NCBI RefSeq assembly: GCF_964213995.1
Contig: NW_027590186.1
Span: 620,001-684,000 of the forward strand
Source of the DNA: Mustelus asterias
Lineage: Eukaryota
Direction of reading: 5' to 3'
Length of the DNA: 64,000 nucleotides
Shown here: positions 23,500 to 35,539 of the stretch, one piece after another
How positions within the stretch are numbered: position 1 is the first letter of the stretch
Layout of the letters: each line of letters starts with the position of its first letter
Translations under genes and position numbers: made by a program
Notes under the pieces: model-generated
What the model was told of the DNA's origin: nothing
The model's database searches: none
What the model saw: the letters and a program-made list of their open reading frames with translations, nothing else

Positions 23500-26393
23500 T
23501 TTGTCAGGGGAGTGGGAAAAGGAGTTGTAGTCCAGAAGTCAGTGAGGGTGGTGAGGTATTGGGGAAGGTATCAGGGTCAAGGGTGGGTACCGGTAGACAG
23601 GAAGGTGGGTTGAAGTGTGTCTACTTCAATGCAAGGAGCATCCGGAACAAGGTAGATGAACTTGAGGCATGGATTGGTACTTGGGACTACGATGTTGTGG
23701 CCATTACGGAGACGTGGGTAGAACAAGTACAGGAATGGTTGTTGGACGTTCCGGGGTATAGATGTTTCAGTAAGTGTAGGGAAGCTGGTAAAAGAGGTGG
23801 AGGAGTGGCATTGTTAATCAAGGATAGTTTAACGGCTGCGGAAAGGCACTTCGAGGGGGATCTGCACACTGAGGTAATATGGGCTGAGGTTAGAAATAGG
23901 AAAGGAACGGTCACGTTGTTAGGAGTTTACTATAGGCCCCCAAGTAGTGATAGAAATGTGGAGGAGGGGATTGCTAAGCAGATTATGGATATGTGTGGAG
24001 GTCGCAGGGTAGTGGTCATGGGGAACTTTAACTTTCCAAATATTGATTGGAACCTTTGTAGGTCAAATAGTTCGGATGGGGCAGTTTTTGTGCAGTGTGT
24101 GCAGGAGGGTTTCCTGACACAATATGTGGATAGGCCGACAAGAGGTGAGGCCACATTGGATTTGGTACTGGGAAATGAACCGGGCCAAGTGTTAGATTTG
24201 GTCGTGGGAGAGCACTTTGGAGATAGTGATCACAATTCGGTGTCTTTTGTTATTGCAATGGAGAGGGATAGGGCCGTACGGCAGGGCAAGGTTTACAATT
24301 GGGGGAGAGGTAATTATGATGCGATTAGGCAAGAATTAGGGGGCATAAGTTGGGAACAGAAACTGTCAGAGAAAGGAACTAATGAAAAGTGGAACTTTTT
24401 CAAGGAACAAATACTGGATGTCCTTGATAGGTATGTCCCTGTCAGGCAGGGAGGAAATGGCCGAGTGAGGGAACCATGGTTCACGAAAGAGGTGGAATGT
24501 CTTGTGAAAAGGAAGAGGGAAGCTTATGTAGGGACGAGGAAACAAGGTTCAGATGACTCGATTGAGGGTTACAAGTTAGCAAGGAATGAGCTGAAAAAGG
24601 GGCTTAGGAGAGCTAGGAGGGGACACGAGAAGTCCTTGGCGGGTCGGATCAAGGAAAACCCCAAGGCTTTTTACTCTTATGTGAGGAATAAAAGAATGAC
24701 CAGGGTGAGGTTAGGGCCGGTCAAGGACAGTAGTGGGAACTTGCGTATGGAGTCAGTAGAGATAGGCGAGGTGATGAATGAATACTTTTCTTCAGTGTTC
24801 ACCAAGGAGAGGGGCCCTGTTTTTGAGGAAGAGAAGGTGTTACAGGCTATTAGGCTGGAGGAAATAGATGTTTGGAGGGAGGATGTACTGGCAGTTTTGA
24901 ATAAACTGAAGGTCGATAAGTCCCCTGGGCCTGATGAAATGTATCCTAGGATTCTTTGGGAGGCAAGGGATGAGATTGCAGAGCCTTTGGCTTTGATCTT
25001 TGGGTCCTTACTCTCCACGGGGATGGTGCCAGAAGACTGGAGAATGGCGAATGTTGTTCCTCTGTTTAAGAAAGGGAATAGAAATGACCCTGGTAATTAT
25101 AGACCGGTTAGTCTTACTTCGGTGGTTGGTAAATTGATGGACAAGGTCCTTAGAGATGGGATTTCCGACCATTTAGAAAGATGCGGATTAATCCGGGATA
25201 GTCAGCACGGATTCGTGAAGGGCAAGTCGTGCCTCACAAATTTGATAGAATTTTTTGAGGATGTAACTCAGTGTGTGGATGAAGGTAGGGCAGTTGGTGT
25301 CATATACATGGATTTTAGTAAGGTGTTTGAGAAGGTCCCCCATGGTCGGCTTATGATGAAAGTGAGGAGGTGTGGGATAGAGGGAAAGTTGGCCGATTGG
25401 ATAGGTAACTGGCTGTCTGATCGAAGACAGAGGGTGGTGGTCGATGGAAAATTTTCGGATTGGAGGCAGGTTGCTCGCGGAGTGCCGCAGGGATCAGTGC
25501 TTGGTCCTCTGCTCTTTGTGATTTTTATTAATGACTTAGAGTAGGGGGCTGAAGGGTGGATCAGTAAATTTGCTGATGACACCAAGATTGGTGCAGTAGT
25601 GGATGAGGTGGAGGGCTGTTGTAGGCTGCAAAGAGACATAGATAGGATGCAAAGCTGGGCTGAAAAATGGCAAATGGAGTTTAACCCTGATAAATGTGAG
25701 GTGTTTCATTTTGGTAGGACTAATTTAAATGTGGATTACAGGGTCAAAGGTAGGGTTCTGAAGACTGTGGAGGAACAGACAGATCTTGGGGTTCATATCC
25801 ACAGATCCCTAAAGGTTGCCACTCAAGTGGATAGAGCTGTGAAGAAGGCCTATAGTGTGTTAGCTTTTATGAACAGGGGGTTGGAGTTTAAGAGCCGTGG
25901 GGTTATGCTGCAACTGTACAGGACCTTGGTGAGACCACATTTGGAATATTGTGTGCAGTTCTGGTCACCTCACTATAAGAAGGATGTGGAAGCGCTGGAA
26001 AGAGTGCAGAGGAGATTTACCAGGATGCTGCCTGGTTTGGAGGGTACGTCTTATGAGGAAAGGTTGAGGGAGCTCGGGCTGTTCTCTCTGGAGCGGAGGA
26101 GGCTGAGGGGAGACTTAATAGAGGTTTATAAAATGATGAAGGGGATAGATAGAGTGAACGTTTAAAGACTATTTCCTCGGGTGGATGGAGCTATTACAAG
26201 GGGGCATAACTATAGGGTTCGTGGTGGGAGATACAGGAAGGATATCAGAGGTAGGTTCTTTACGCAGAGAGTGGTTGGGGTGTGGAATGGACTGCCTGCA
26301 GTGATCGTGGAGTCAGACACTTTAGGAACATTTAAGCGGTTATTGGATAGGCACATGGCGCACACCAGGATGATAGGGAGTGGGATAGCTTGA
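23500..26393 (+). pseudogene. CR1 ORF2 (APE endonuclease and reverse transcriptase) with in-frame stops
   Basis: YFNARSI, ITETW, SDHN, PGPD, NYRPVSL, GVPQGSVLGP and FADDTK motifs in one frame; stops at 25542-25544 and 26163-26165. Start approximate. Confidence 0.9.
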
Positions 26394-27259
26394 TCTTGGT
26401 TTCAGATAAAGCTCGGCACAACATCGTGGGCCGAAGGGCCTGTTCTGTGCTGTACTGTTCTATGTTCTATGTTCTATGTATCTGTATATGTCTGTGTGTA
26501 TGTGCGTGTGCGCACGCGCGCATGTGTGAGAGAATATGAGAATGTGCATTTGTGTATTTATATGTGTGAGAGGTCTGATGTATTTAAGTCTCTATCTGAC
26601 TGATTCAGTTTCTAATATCAACCACACACTCCACACACATCCTCATCCACTCTCACAGTCAGTGACAAGCGAACACAAGACGGACAAGAATTTAAATCTT
26701 TCACAAATCAGTCTTAATTGAATAATTTCCATTTGCCTCAATCAGGGAAACTTGTAAAAACCTCAAGAAATTCGACAGAATCCAAGACAAAGCGACCCAC
26801 AAGATTACCTGCCCCTCATTTACCGCATTCCCTCTGTCCATCACGAACAAGCAGTGACAGCAGTGTGTATCATATAGAAGATGCACTGCAGCAACTCAGC
26901 AAGACTCCCTTGAAAGCATTGTCTAAACCCTCTGCCTTTACATCCTAACAGGGCAATGAGAACAGCGCATAGGAACACTACAACCTGCAAGCTCCCCTCC
27001 AAGACACACACCACCCTGACTTGAAACAATATCTCAGTTCCTTCACAGTCGCTGGGTCAAAATCCTGGAACTCCCTACGTAACAGCTCGGCAGATGCCTT
27101 CACCATATGGACTGCAGTTATTCAAGGATAATTCATGTCAATTCTTTCCCAAGGAACAATTAGGGACAGATTTAAAATTCCGGTTTGGCAAGCGACTCTC
27201 AATTGCCTTTCGAAATTAAAAATAAGATACAAACGTATTTGACCCTCGAACTGTCCTAC

Positions 27260-27400
27260 TGAACAGGTCAGGGACTGCTAGAGTATGGAGCACAATATAG
27301 TAAATCTCCCTTTGCATTTGCTCATCGAAACTTCCCAAGGCCGGTACATCACTGGTTAAAAATCAACCAAATCTCCCTCTACAGTCTGACGGTTCTGCTC
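27260..27400 (+). repeat. Degenerate copies of a ~65-bp satellite (same family as 43715-44370)
   Basis: Motifs such as cccaaggccggtacatcactggttaa and aaatctccctctacagt. Confidence 0.5.
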
Positions 27401-30400
27401 TCTCTAACGGTCACAATGTGCTTTAGGGATCTCATCTGTGAGACGCCGAGTCAAACACCAAGTCAACCTGTCACATTCCAAAAAGATACAAGTTTATTGA
27501 AGAAATAAATCAAATTTCACTCCCTGAAATACAGGAGAAGGAACCAGAAAGTTTATAACGAGTTAGGCAGATTCCTGGTCCCAACATGGCACCACGCCCA
27601 CAGAAACAGAACAAGCACAAACGATGCAACAATCGAGTTCCCAGCAGATAGATCTGTTCAATCTATCAATTTTATTCAAACTGTTGGATTCTGATAGTAA
27701 GTTAATCAACTTACAACAACAGAAAATCAATAACCTCCTTGAAATTAATCTGATATTCATTTCAAAACTCCTTTCGACTTTTAACTATTTCTCTCTTTCT
27801 GTCTAATTCTCAAAAACTATGTAAAAATGTAATTTCACTGAAAATGAGCACATCACGAATAACAGATTCAGGATAGTTCAATGTCCCTAACAGAGATGCA
27901 GTGACACAGTCACAATTAAAAGAACCAAGAAACATTTACATTCAAAATCATTACCTGTTTCAATCGAATTTCTTAATTAATCATAATCAACAAAATATTC
28001 GAGGCAAAACAGCTTAACGAGCTGGGCACAGCAGGGTAAAAAATGTTTTGCTTCTGAATTAATTTTGATACAATTAAATATTCTCTAAAACAGATGATAT
28101 TTTGCACGCCAGTGCACTATTCAAGGCCTTTTGTTCTGAATTATTTAGCACCAATATTATATTTTAACTTATTGTTAATTGCCAGTTAGTTCTCCTGTTA
28201 GCTGATTTGTACTCTGTAATAAAATCAATTTTCAATCATTCAAAACTTGATTCTGCCTCTATCATTGTTAAATAATTACGTTCCAATTAAATCTCAAACA
28301 CTGTTAAACAATAACATCAAATTATTGACTGGAAAGGTTCAGACACATGTAATTCATTTGCTTAAATCTAATCACATTGTAAAATTTTACTTTTTCACTT
28401 TTACTCCAAATGCCTTATTATCACCTACAAATGCGTCAAAAATGCATGCTTCTGAATTCGTATTTCCTATAACGGCCTGACATTTTGAAATCTATAAAAC
28501 TGCTTCCGAGAATTAATAATTTAGACCATCCATATAATTTAACTGCTTAATTATTTGTTTAATTAAAGAAGATCTGAATTAAATAGTGCAAAACACAATG
28601 AGGACAATTGATTCAAATCCTCTGCAACACTGAAACATGATGCACAATACAAGTCCAGACATTTTCTTCAGTATAATATTGATAAGAATTAAACATCAGG
28701 TTAATATAGGATCAATTATTCTATTCTGTCATTTGTGCAACACATTGTTCTATCCTGTGCTCAGCAGTAATGGGAGACAGGATGCTATTATTAAGTGCAG
28801 AGCAAACGTTATTTTTATAATACTTATAATATAAATATAATATTTTTATACAAATTAATCTTTTTGAATTTCAAGTATTAACTTCTCAATCTCTAGCCAG
28901 TTTCTGGTCACACCTTACGACAATTCAAACACGATTATGTGAACAATTACTTGAGTGGTAGTGAATTCCATCTGTCAGATAACTCTGTTCAATCTGTCAA
29001 ATTTATTCAACCTCTTTGATTTTAATTGCTCAATGGTCAAATTACAACGACAAAAAACAATAACTCATTTTAAATTGAACATATTAATTTCAAAACTCCC
29101 TTCGACTTTTAACTATCTCTCCCTGTCTGTCGCAAATCTGGAAAACTGGGCAAAAATGTAATTTTTCTGAAAATGAGCGCATCAAATATAACAGATTCAG
29201 GGCAGTGTAATGCCCCTAACAGCGATACAGTGTCACAGTAAGAATTGTAATTCATATTTTATTTTAACATGTAAGCATCAGTTAACATGAAGAAAATGCT
29301 CTAACATATATTTATTTTATTTTTCTGAAACCTGTTTGTTTTATCCCGACAAGAATTTTCAAAGGCAGTTTCTTTATTCATTTAGCCAGAAAACATGTAA
29401 CCGCTCAGTATCACTGAGATTTAAAAAATACAGAAACAATTGAAAAACGCCAAACCATTTCACAAATTTTAAGATTAGATTAGTGATTAATTATCTCGAT
29501 ATCCAAATACAAATTGCTTGGAAGGAATAATCTGGTTGCGCCTGCACAGGAAGAATGTGAAAACTGCATACATAAATTGCCAAATAGCAATGTCTTATTC
29601 CCCAAAACTCGTATTCCAGTGAATGCGGACTTAATCAGGGAGGTAACGATTAATGCAAAATATCTTGTTAAACTGAACGCTGCTTTGGAAACAGCACGTC
29701 ACTATTGAAACTGTTTCTGGAATTTCACAAAATATTCACGAAACTTTTCTGGTCATGTTAATTGAGTGCGTAGCACAGCAGAACTATTAACGGTGATTAA
29801 TGCTCAATTATATTAATGTAAAATAATCTTTGGTGTCACTATGGAGTTATATTACCGATTAATAATTGCTTGATTTACATTAATTTTACTCTCAAACTAT
29901 CAAACTTGTTAATGAGAAGCTTATGATTGCAGCAATGACTTAGTGTCCGAATGAGCGTTGTAAGCCGTGATTTATTTTAATTTGTAAGTGTTATTTAAAA
30001 TGTATAACAATGCTGTAATATCTTTATTTTATTTTTCCCAAACCTGCCTGTATTCTCCCTGCAAGGATTATCAAACTCATAGTTTGTATTCAGCCAGGAA
30101 ACGTGTAACCGCTCAATGCCACCGAGTTCAAACAATGCAGAAACATTGCCGAAACGCCAAACCATTTCACACATTTAAACATTCATCTTGACCTCGCCAC
30201 AGAATCTCCTCAACAGAAATACACCAATGCACATCACTGAGCGAGTGACTCCATTTCACGGAGAAGCAGCTCAATTCCACATTCAACAGAATTAAATGTA
30301 ACATTGCAAGAAAATCTCAATAACGCATCCAGCAAACCAGCTCCTGACCAAATGTATGAATTATTAAACTGAACAGAAATCTGGAATAATAGCAATAGCA

Positions 30401-31462
30401 TTGCGAGGAGGTGGAGCATGTCCAACCAATTAATGTTGAAACTTTATCAAATTTTTTTCATATTGGGTCATATTTCAAACAGAAGTAAACATATTTAAAC
30501 ATTTGGATGGTAAAAGCTGCAGCCATCATATGCCACCGAGGTTAAACATTGCATGTATCCCAAATCGTGATTGCAGTGGCAAGATTTGTTCTGAACGGAG
30601 TAAACCGTGGTTTAGTTTAACCTGCAATTATCATTTAAGATTGAAACAAAAATACAAATTGAATAAAGCCTGCCTGATTTCTGTCTGCAATCATGCGTCA
30701 AGCAGTTTAACGCCCGGAGACTGTATTAAATCACAACGCGTGCAACAGCTCAGTGTCGCCGAGTTTAAACAATGCAGAATCGCCGAACTATTTCACAAAT
30801 TTTACTTACTGGAACTCACCCAGACACACAATCTCCTCACCAGAGATTCACATCACTGAGGGACTAACCCTGTTTCATGCAGAAGTAGTTCAATTCCACA
30901 AACACTTCCAACAGAATCAAATGTAGCATTGCAAGAAAATCTCAATTTAAAATCCAGCCAATCCGACGACCACCAAACTAATCAATAATTAAAATGAACA
31001 GAAATATGTCATAACAACACCAGCATTTTGACTAAGCGGAACATGATCACTAAATTAATACAGAAAGTTTAACCCATTTTGTTAGTATTGGGTTAAATTT
31101 CAAATGCGTGTGCATTGGATGGTACAACCCGCAGCCACTAGATGTCCCCGAGTTTAAGCATTGCAGAAACGCCGGACTGGTAACCAGAAGTTGGGCATTC
31201 AAAGTAACCCAGCCACATAATGTCTTGGCAGATAAACACCAAAATACAACTACCAGGGACTGAATCACTCAGCATCACCTTTTGTCAATTAACAGTAGAA
31301 TTTCATAACCCCATTTTAAGCAGAATCACATGAAACATTGTGAAGATTTTCAGCACAGAATCCAGCAAACCTCATTGCATTGAACAAATTAGTAAAATCC
31401 ATTAAAAAATATAAAACAAAAACTCAAGTAAAACAGTTACTAAATAATTACATGGTTCTTAC

Positions 31463-31520
31463 CTGCAGTCACCGTCACCATGGTACCTTGTCCCCAGTAA
31501 TCCCAGTACCACTGATGTAT
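31463..31520 (-). other. Immunoglobulin heavy-chain germline-joined D(D)-JH segment
   Basis: Reads IHQWYWDYWGQGTMVTVTA then G|gtaag. It has the JH WGxG motif and a phase-1 donor, and begins immediately at a 12-RSS heptamer. Confidence 0.88.
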
Positions 31521-31548
31521 CACAGTAACACATACCCGCACAAAAACT
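31521..31548 (+). promoter_or_regulatory. 12-bp-spacer recombination signal sequence flanking the DJ segment
   Basis: CACAGTA + 12 nt (acacatacccgc) + ACAAAAACT. Confidence 0.92.
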
Positions 31549-31873
31549 GCACTCACTCTCCAGAACACATTTACTTCCGAACCAGTTTAGAATATATGCA
31601 GTACTTTTTCAAAATACAATGAACACAACCTTATCCAAAGTGTCAGATACATTAAAACGAGCGTTATATTCAGGTCTGTCGTTGCTGAAACTTTTAAAAG
31701 TATATACAGAGAAAATACCACATCCAATTACATGGGTATGCTTGTTAGGTTTTGTGTTGCAGTTTCGTTCTCTTAGGTTTGTGGGCCGGTTATGAACTCT
31801 GCTATTAATATCACATTTAAAACAAGTACTGACCTTCAGGTTACACTGGAAGCTGTTGCATTCCCTCCGGAGC

Positions 31874-31912
31874 TGTTCTTGTTCGGGTGCAGCCCTGGTT
31901 CCTCTCGCTGTG
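31874..31912 (-). promoter_or_regulatory. 23-bp-spacer RSS of the VH
   Basis: CACAGCG + 23 nt + ACAAGAACA directly after YYCSRH. Confidence 0.88.
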
Positions 31913-32383
31913 GTGTCTTGAACAGTAATAGATGGCGGTGTCTTCAGCCTTCAGGTTAGTAATTTCCAAAGCGAAGATGCTGTTAGAAGTGTCTTTCGAC
32001 GGAGTACATCGATTTTGAATTCCAGGCGCGGAGTAATTGCTGGATGAACCGTCGTACTGAAGCAGCCACTCCAGACCCTGTCCGGGAACCTGTCGGATCC
32101 ACCGCATGTAAGCGCTACCAAGGCTGAAGCCGCTGGTTTTACAGGTCAGTTTCAGGGAGCCTCCCGGACGTCCGGTCTCTGCCTCTGACTGAGTCAACAC
32201 GACCTGCGTCTAGACACCTGTAAAAATAGATTAAAAACGCCGAGGATTAATTCTGGTGAAGTGATTGCTGACTCTGGAATATTCCAGAGATAGACGAACA
32301 CTAACAGTTAGAGACTTGGACAATAAAAACTACTCACCGGATAAGAAAGTCAGCAACAAACTGAGAGAAATCGCCGACCTCAT
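31913..32383 (-). pseudogene. IGHV: IgM-type VH gene segment (leader exon 32338-32383, V exon 31913-32217) with one nonsense codon
   Basis: Leader MRSAISLSLLLTFLS G|gtgagt; acceptor ttttacag|; then [50 protein letters not shown]...[13 protein letters not shown] at 32210-32212 is the only stop. Confidence 0.93.
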
Positions 32384-32473
32384 CCTTCTGGTAAATTGGG
32401 GGAAATGGTTGTGTCAGGAACTCAGTGAACAAACCAGCTCCTCGACTGTTGGATTCCGGTCCCACTGAGCGGC

Positions 32474-32483
32474 ATTTAAATAC
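32474..32483 (-). promoter_or_regulatory. TATA-like box of the VH promoter
   Basis: gtatttaaat ~90 bp upstream of the leader ATG in a GC-rich patch. No ATGCAAAT octamer was seen nearby, as expected for shark VH promoters. Confidence 0.55.
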
Positions 32484-35400
32484 CCGGCAGCAGGGTGCGG
32501 CTTTCGAGGCGCCGCCTGTTGATTCCCTGCTGGAGGCGGCGACTGGATTCGTCCCACCTTCCACACCCCAACAGAATGGACTCCGAGATTTACAGTAGGT
32601 TAATATTAAAATTGGCATTTTATTTGTGTCGGGATATTTGTTTGGCTGAATATGTTCATTATATTGTCTCCATTATTTCTGATGGTGATATTGCAGTTCA
32701 TCATCCTTTATTTAAAAGAAAAAACGAATTCCATTGTAAGTATGGTGCTTTTATTACCACGCCCCTAACAAGAACATACATCTGAAAATGATGAAATAAC
32801 ATTTTCGGAAAATAAAGAGACAATCAGTCTATTTTGCAACAATCCCTGGTCTCTGTCACATTATAATAATAAAGCATAATTTATCAGAATAATTGTTATC
32901 GATTTCTGTTACTAAACGTGGGGGATGAACAAAGTGATTCTATTTACAGTGTGGATGGCTATCACTGGATAATTTGGAATTGGAGATGAGAAGAAACTCT
33001 CACACAATACAGTTTTTCTCCTTCTATTTGTCAAACTGCACAATCTCGAAGACAGCCCTTTGAAAATAATAAGAATCCCGCCCTCCGGATAATCGAATAG
33101 TGAGTTGACAGAGAGACATAAACTTAAATCGAATTTTGACAGAGAAGTTAATTAATGGAACGGACACGGAGATCATTAAAGTTCTCCTTCAGCATCCAAA
33201 TCATTGCAGCTCACTCTATTGGCCACCAGCTGTCGAACATTCACTGGTGTTGGGAACACAGGATATCAGGACTTTGCGGCACATTACACAAAATTACAAG
33301 AATAAATGTTTTATCTTCCATTGAATCAGGTTATGACCTGATCATTTCTCCACTCATTGGCAGCTATGAGAGGAACCCTTCAATAATGGAAATCAGATTA
33401 TACTGTACAATAGAATAGGGTATTAATCACGTACAAGAGACGCTGCTGTTTAAATGCGATACAGAATTTTCAGAATATTCCAGGAATCCCCGCTGTTCAT
33501 GTCAGTTTTATGATGTGCTTTTAATATTATTTCGATGCATTTTTGGCCATTGCTCTGATCTCAATTGACTGGGGAATTGGGACCATCAACGTCTCTCTGT
33601 CGCATTTTATGAAGTGGTTAATAAACAGACTTTAATTATTGGAATGGCATTTACTTGGAAGTTATACAAATGAAAAAGCATCTGGTCACTTTATTGTTTT
33701 GCGATACTATTTACTCACATAATGAACAGGACACTGAATGAAAATATTTGATTTGAATGATTACGATTTAAAATGTGTCTTTCTTTTGCGAATGAAACAT
33801 TTATTGTTTAAATGTCTGAATCCCATCTTGTCCATTCAGGTTCACGCGAATCTGTCCCACACAGTATTTCGCAGCAATCCAGCCTTCTGCCAAATGCTCA
33901 AAGTTATTGACAGGAAGCATCTGGCTTTGTTTGTGCAGTAAATCAAAGATCTCTTTCCTCAGTAGTGACTGCTTGGCTGCAAGCCAACTTAAAACCCTTC
34001 ACATTGTCAATGGGGCCCATTTGTAAACACATCTACCGAGCAACAGTACTGGAGGCACTTTAATTTTTTTCAGTTGTAAATCTGGATGAGTTTTTCCCAT
34101 CTCTCATGAAAGGAAAGTTATGCAGGTTCTCCGGCACCCTGTTCGAAACAATGATGATTTTTCCAACACATCATGATATTGTGATGGATGGGTAGAAAGA
34201 ATTACAGGCAGACTCTGAGAGATGAGTCAGAGTGAGGACACATGTTGTAATACATTAACATGTATGTTTGTGTTTTCTTTCCCTTTACCTTTCCATGGGA
34301 TGCTTGAGTTGGTGGAAAGACCAGCACTTTTTGCCTGTCCCAAATTCCCTTGAACTGCCTGGTTTTCTAGGCCACCTCTGAAGATATTAAAGAGTCAGCC
34401 ATTTTGTTGTCCATCGGGAGTCACATCCTTGTGAGTCCAGGTAGCCATGGCAGATTTATTTCATTGGGGAATTAGAGAGGTTCCTATGGTCACCAATAGT
34501 ATCTATTCCAGATTTATTAATTGAATTCAAATTCCACCAGGGGCAATGGTCCGATTTAAATCCGTGCCCTCACATCATTGTCCTGGGCCTCTGGATCACT
34601 GGCCTAAATAAAGTAATATTACGTCACCATCTATGCAAACAATAAATGCATGACTGTGTTGATGCAGGAATGAATGATAGTTGAATGAATGATAGTTGGA
34701 TGAAGGACAGTTTGATGGCTGAATATTTTGATTGAGGAATCAGTGAATGGATTGATAGATGCATTGGTAGATGGTACTGAAAGATTCTGTTCTACATTCC
34801 CATATTTGTGCTTGGCTGCTTCAGAAATTGAAGAAGCTCCTTTATTCCATTTGTGTCAGGCTAATACCTCCAATTCTTCCAGAGTGTCTGGGTGAAATAC
34901 GTTCCGATTTGCTCGGGAGTTAGCAAGTTGATCCTCACGAAGAGAAGGACATTTTCCTGCGGCTCGGATGGTTCATTTCTCTGCTGATGCTGAATCTTCA
35001 TACCCAAGATAGAAAGAGGGAACGTGATTAGGTTGAGGAGCAAGGATTGTAGTATTTCAAACATGTGGTTCTATCTGTGCAACAAATCACTCAACATGCC
35101 CTCACCCAAATTTGTGAAGGTAACAGGCTGAAAAGTAAATAATCTGGCAACAGAGATATTGTGAAACTCACTGGACAACTACAAGTGTGACCTCATTTCC
35201 CAAAACAGAGTCATAAAGAATCGGGATTTAAAGCTTCAGTAACTGCACATGAGGTACAGATAGTTTCATTTATCTCATCTCTTTGAAAATCATCACACAC
35301 TCCAGTTACGTAGCAGCAGTTTCTGTGTGATGATGAGGTGATTAATTGTTAATAAAGCACAGAGGCTGCGAGAGAGCTGCTCATTATCGTCGGTCTGAAT

Positions 35401-35539
35401 CAATTCCATTTCCCACTGAATTCTGGGACAGATTATATTCCTTGGTGACAAAAAGGCCAATACAATGTCAATAAATGTTCATATCAATAAATCATACGAA
35501 GCAAAGTACAATTATATGTTGAATAGAATGAAATACCGA

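Larger units (their letters stand above)
22194..26477 (+). mobile_element. Essentially full-length CR1 LINE (~4.3 kb), inactivated by point mutations
   Basis: 5' UTR, ORF1, ORF2 and (ttctatg)n tail; candidate 6-bp target duplication gtatct at 22188-22193 and 26478-26483. Confidence 0.92.

Noticed and set aside
31913-32217. VH as IgNAR or NAR-TCR V
   Set aside because: Full CDR2/FR2 ([12 protein letters not shown]) and an IgM-type leader indicate a conventional VH.
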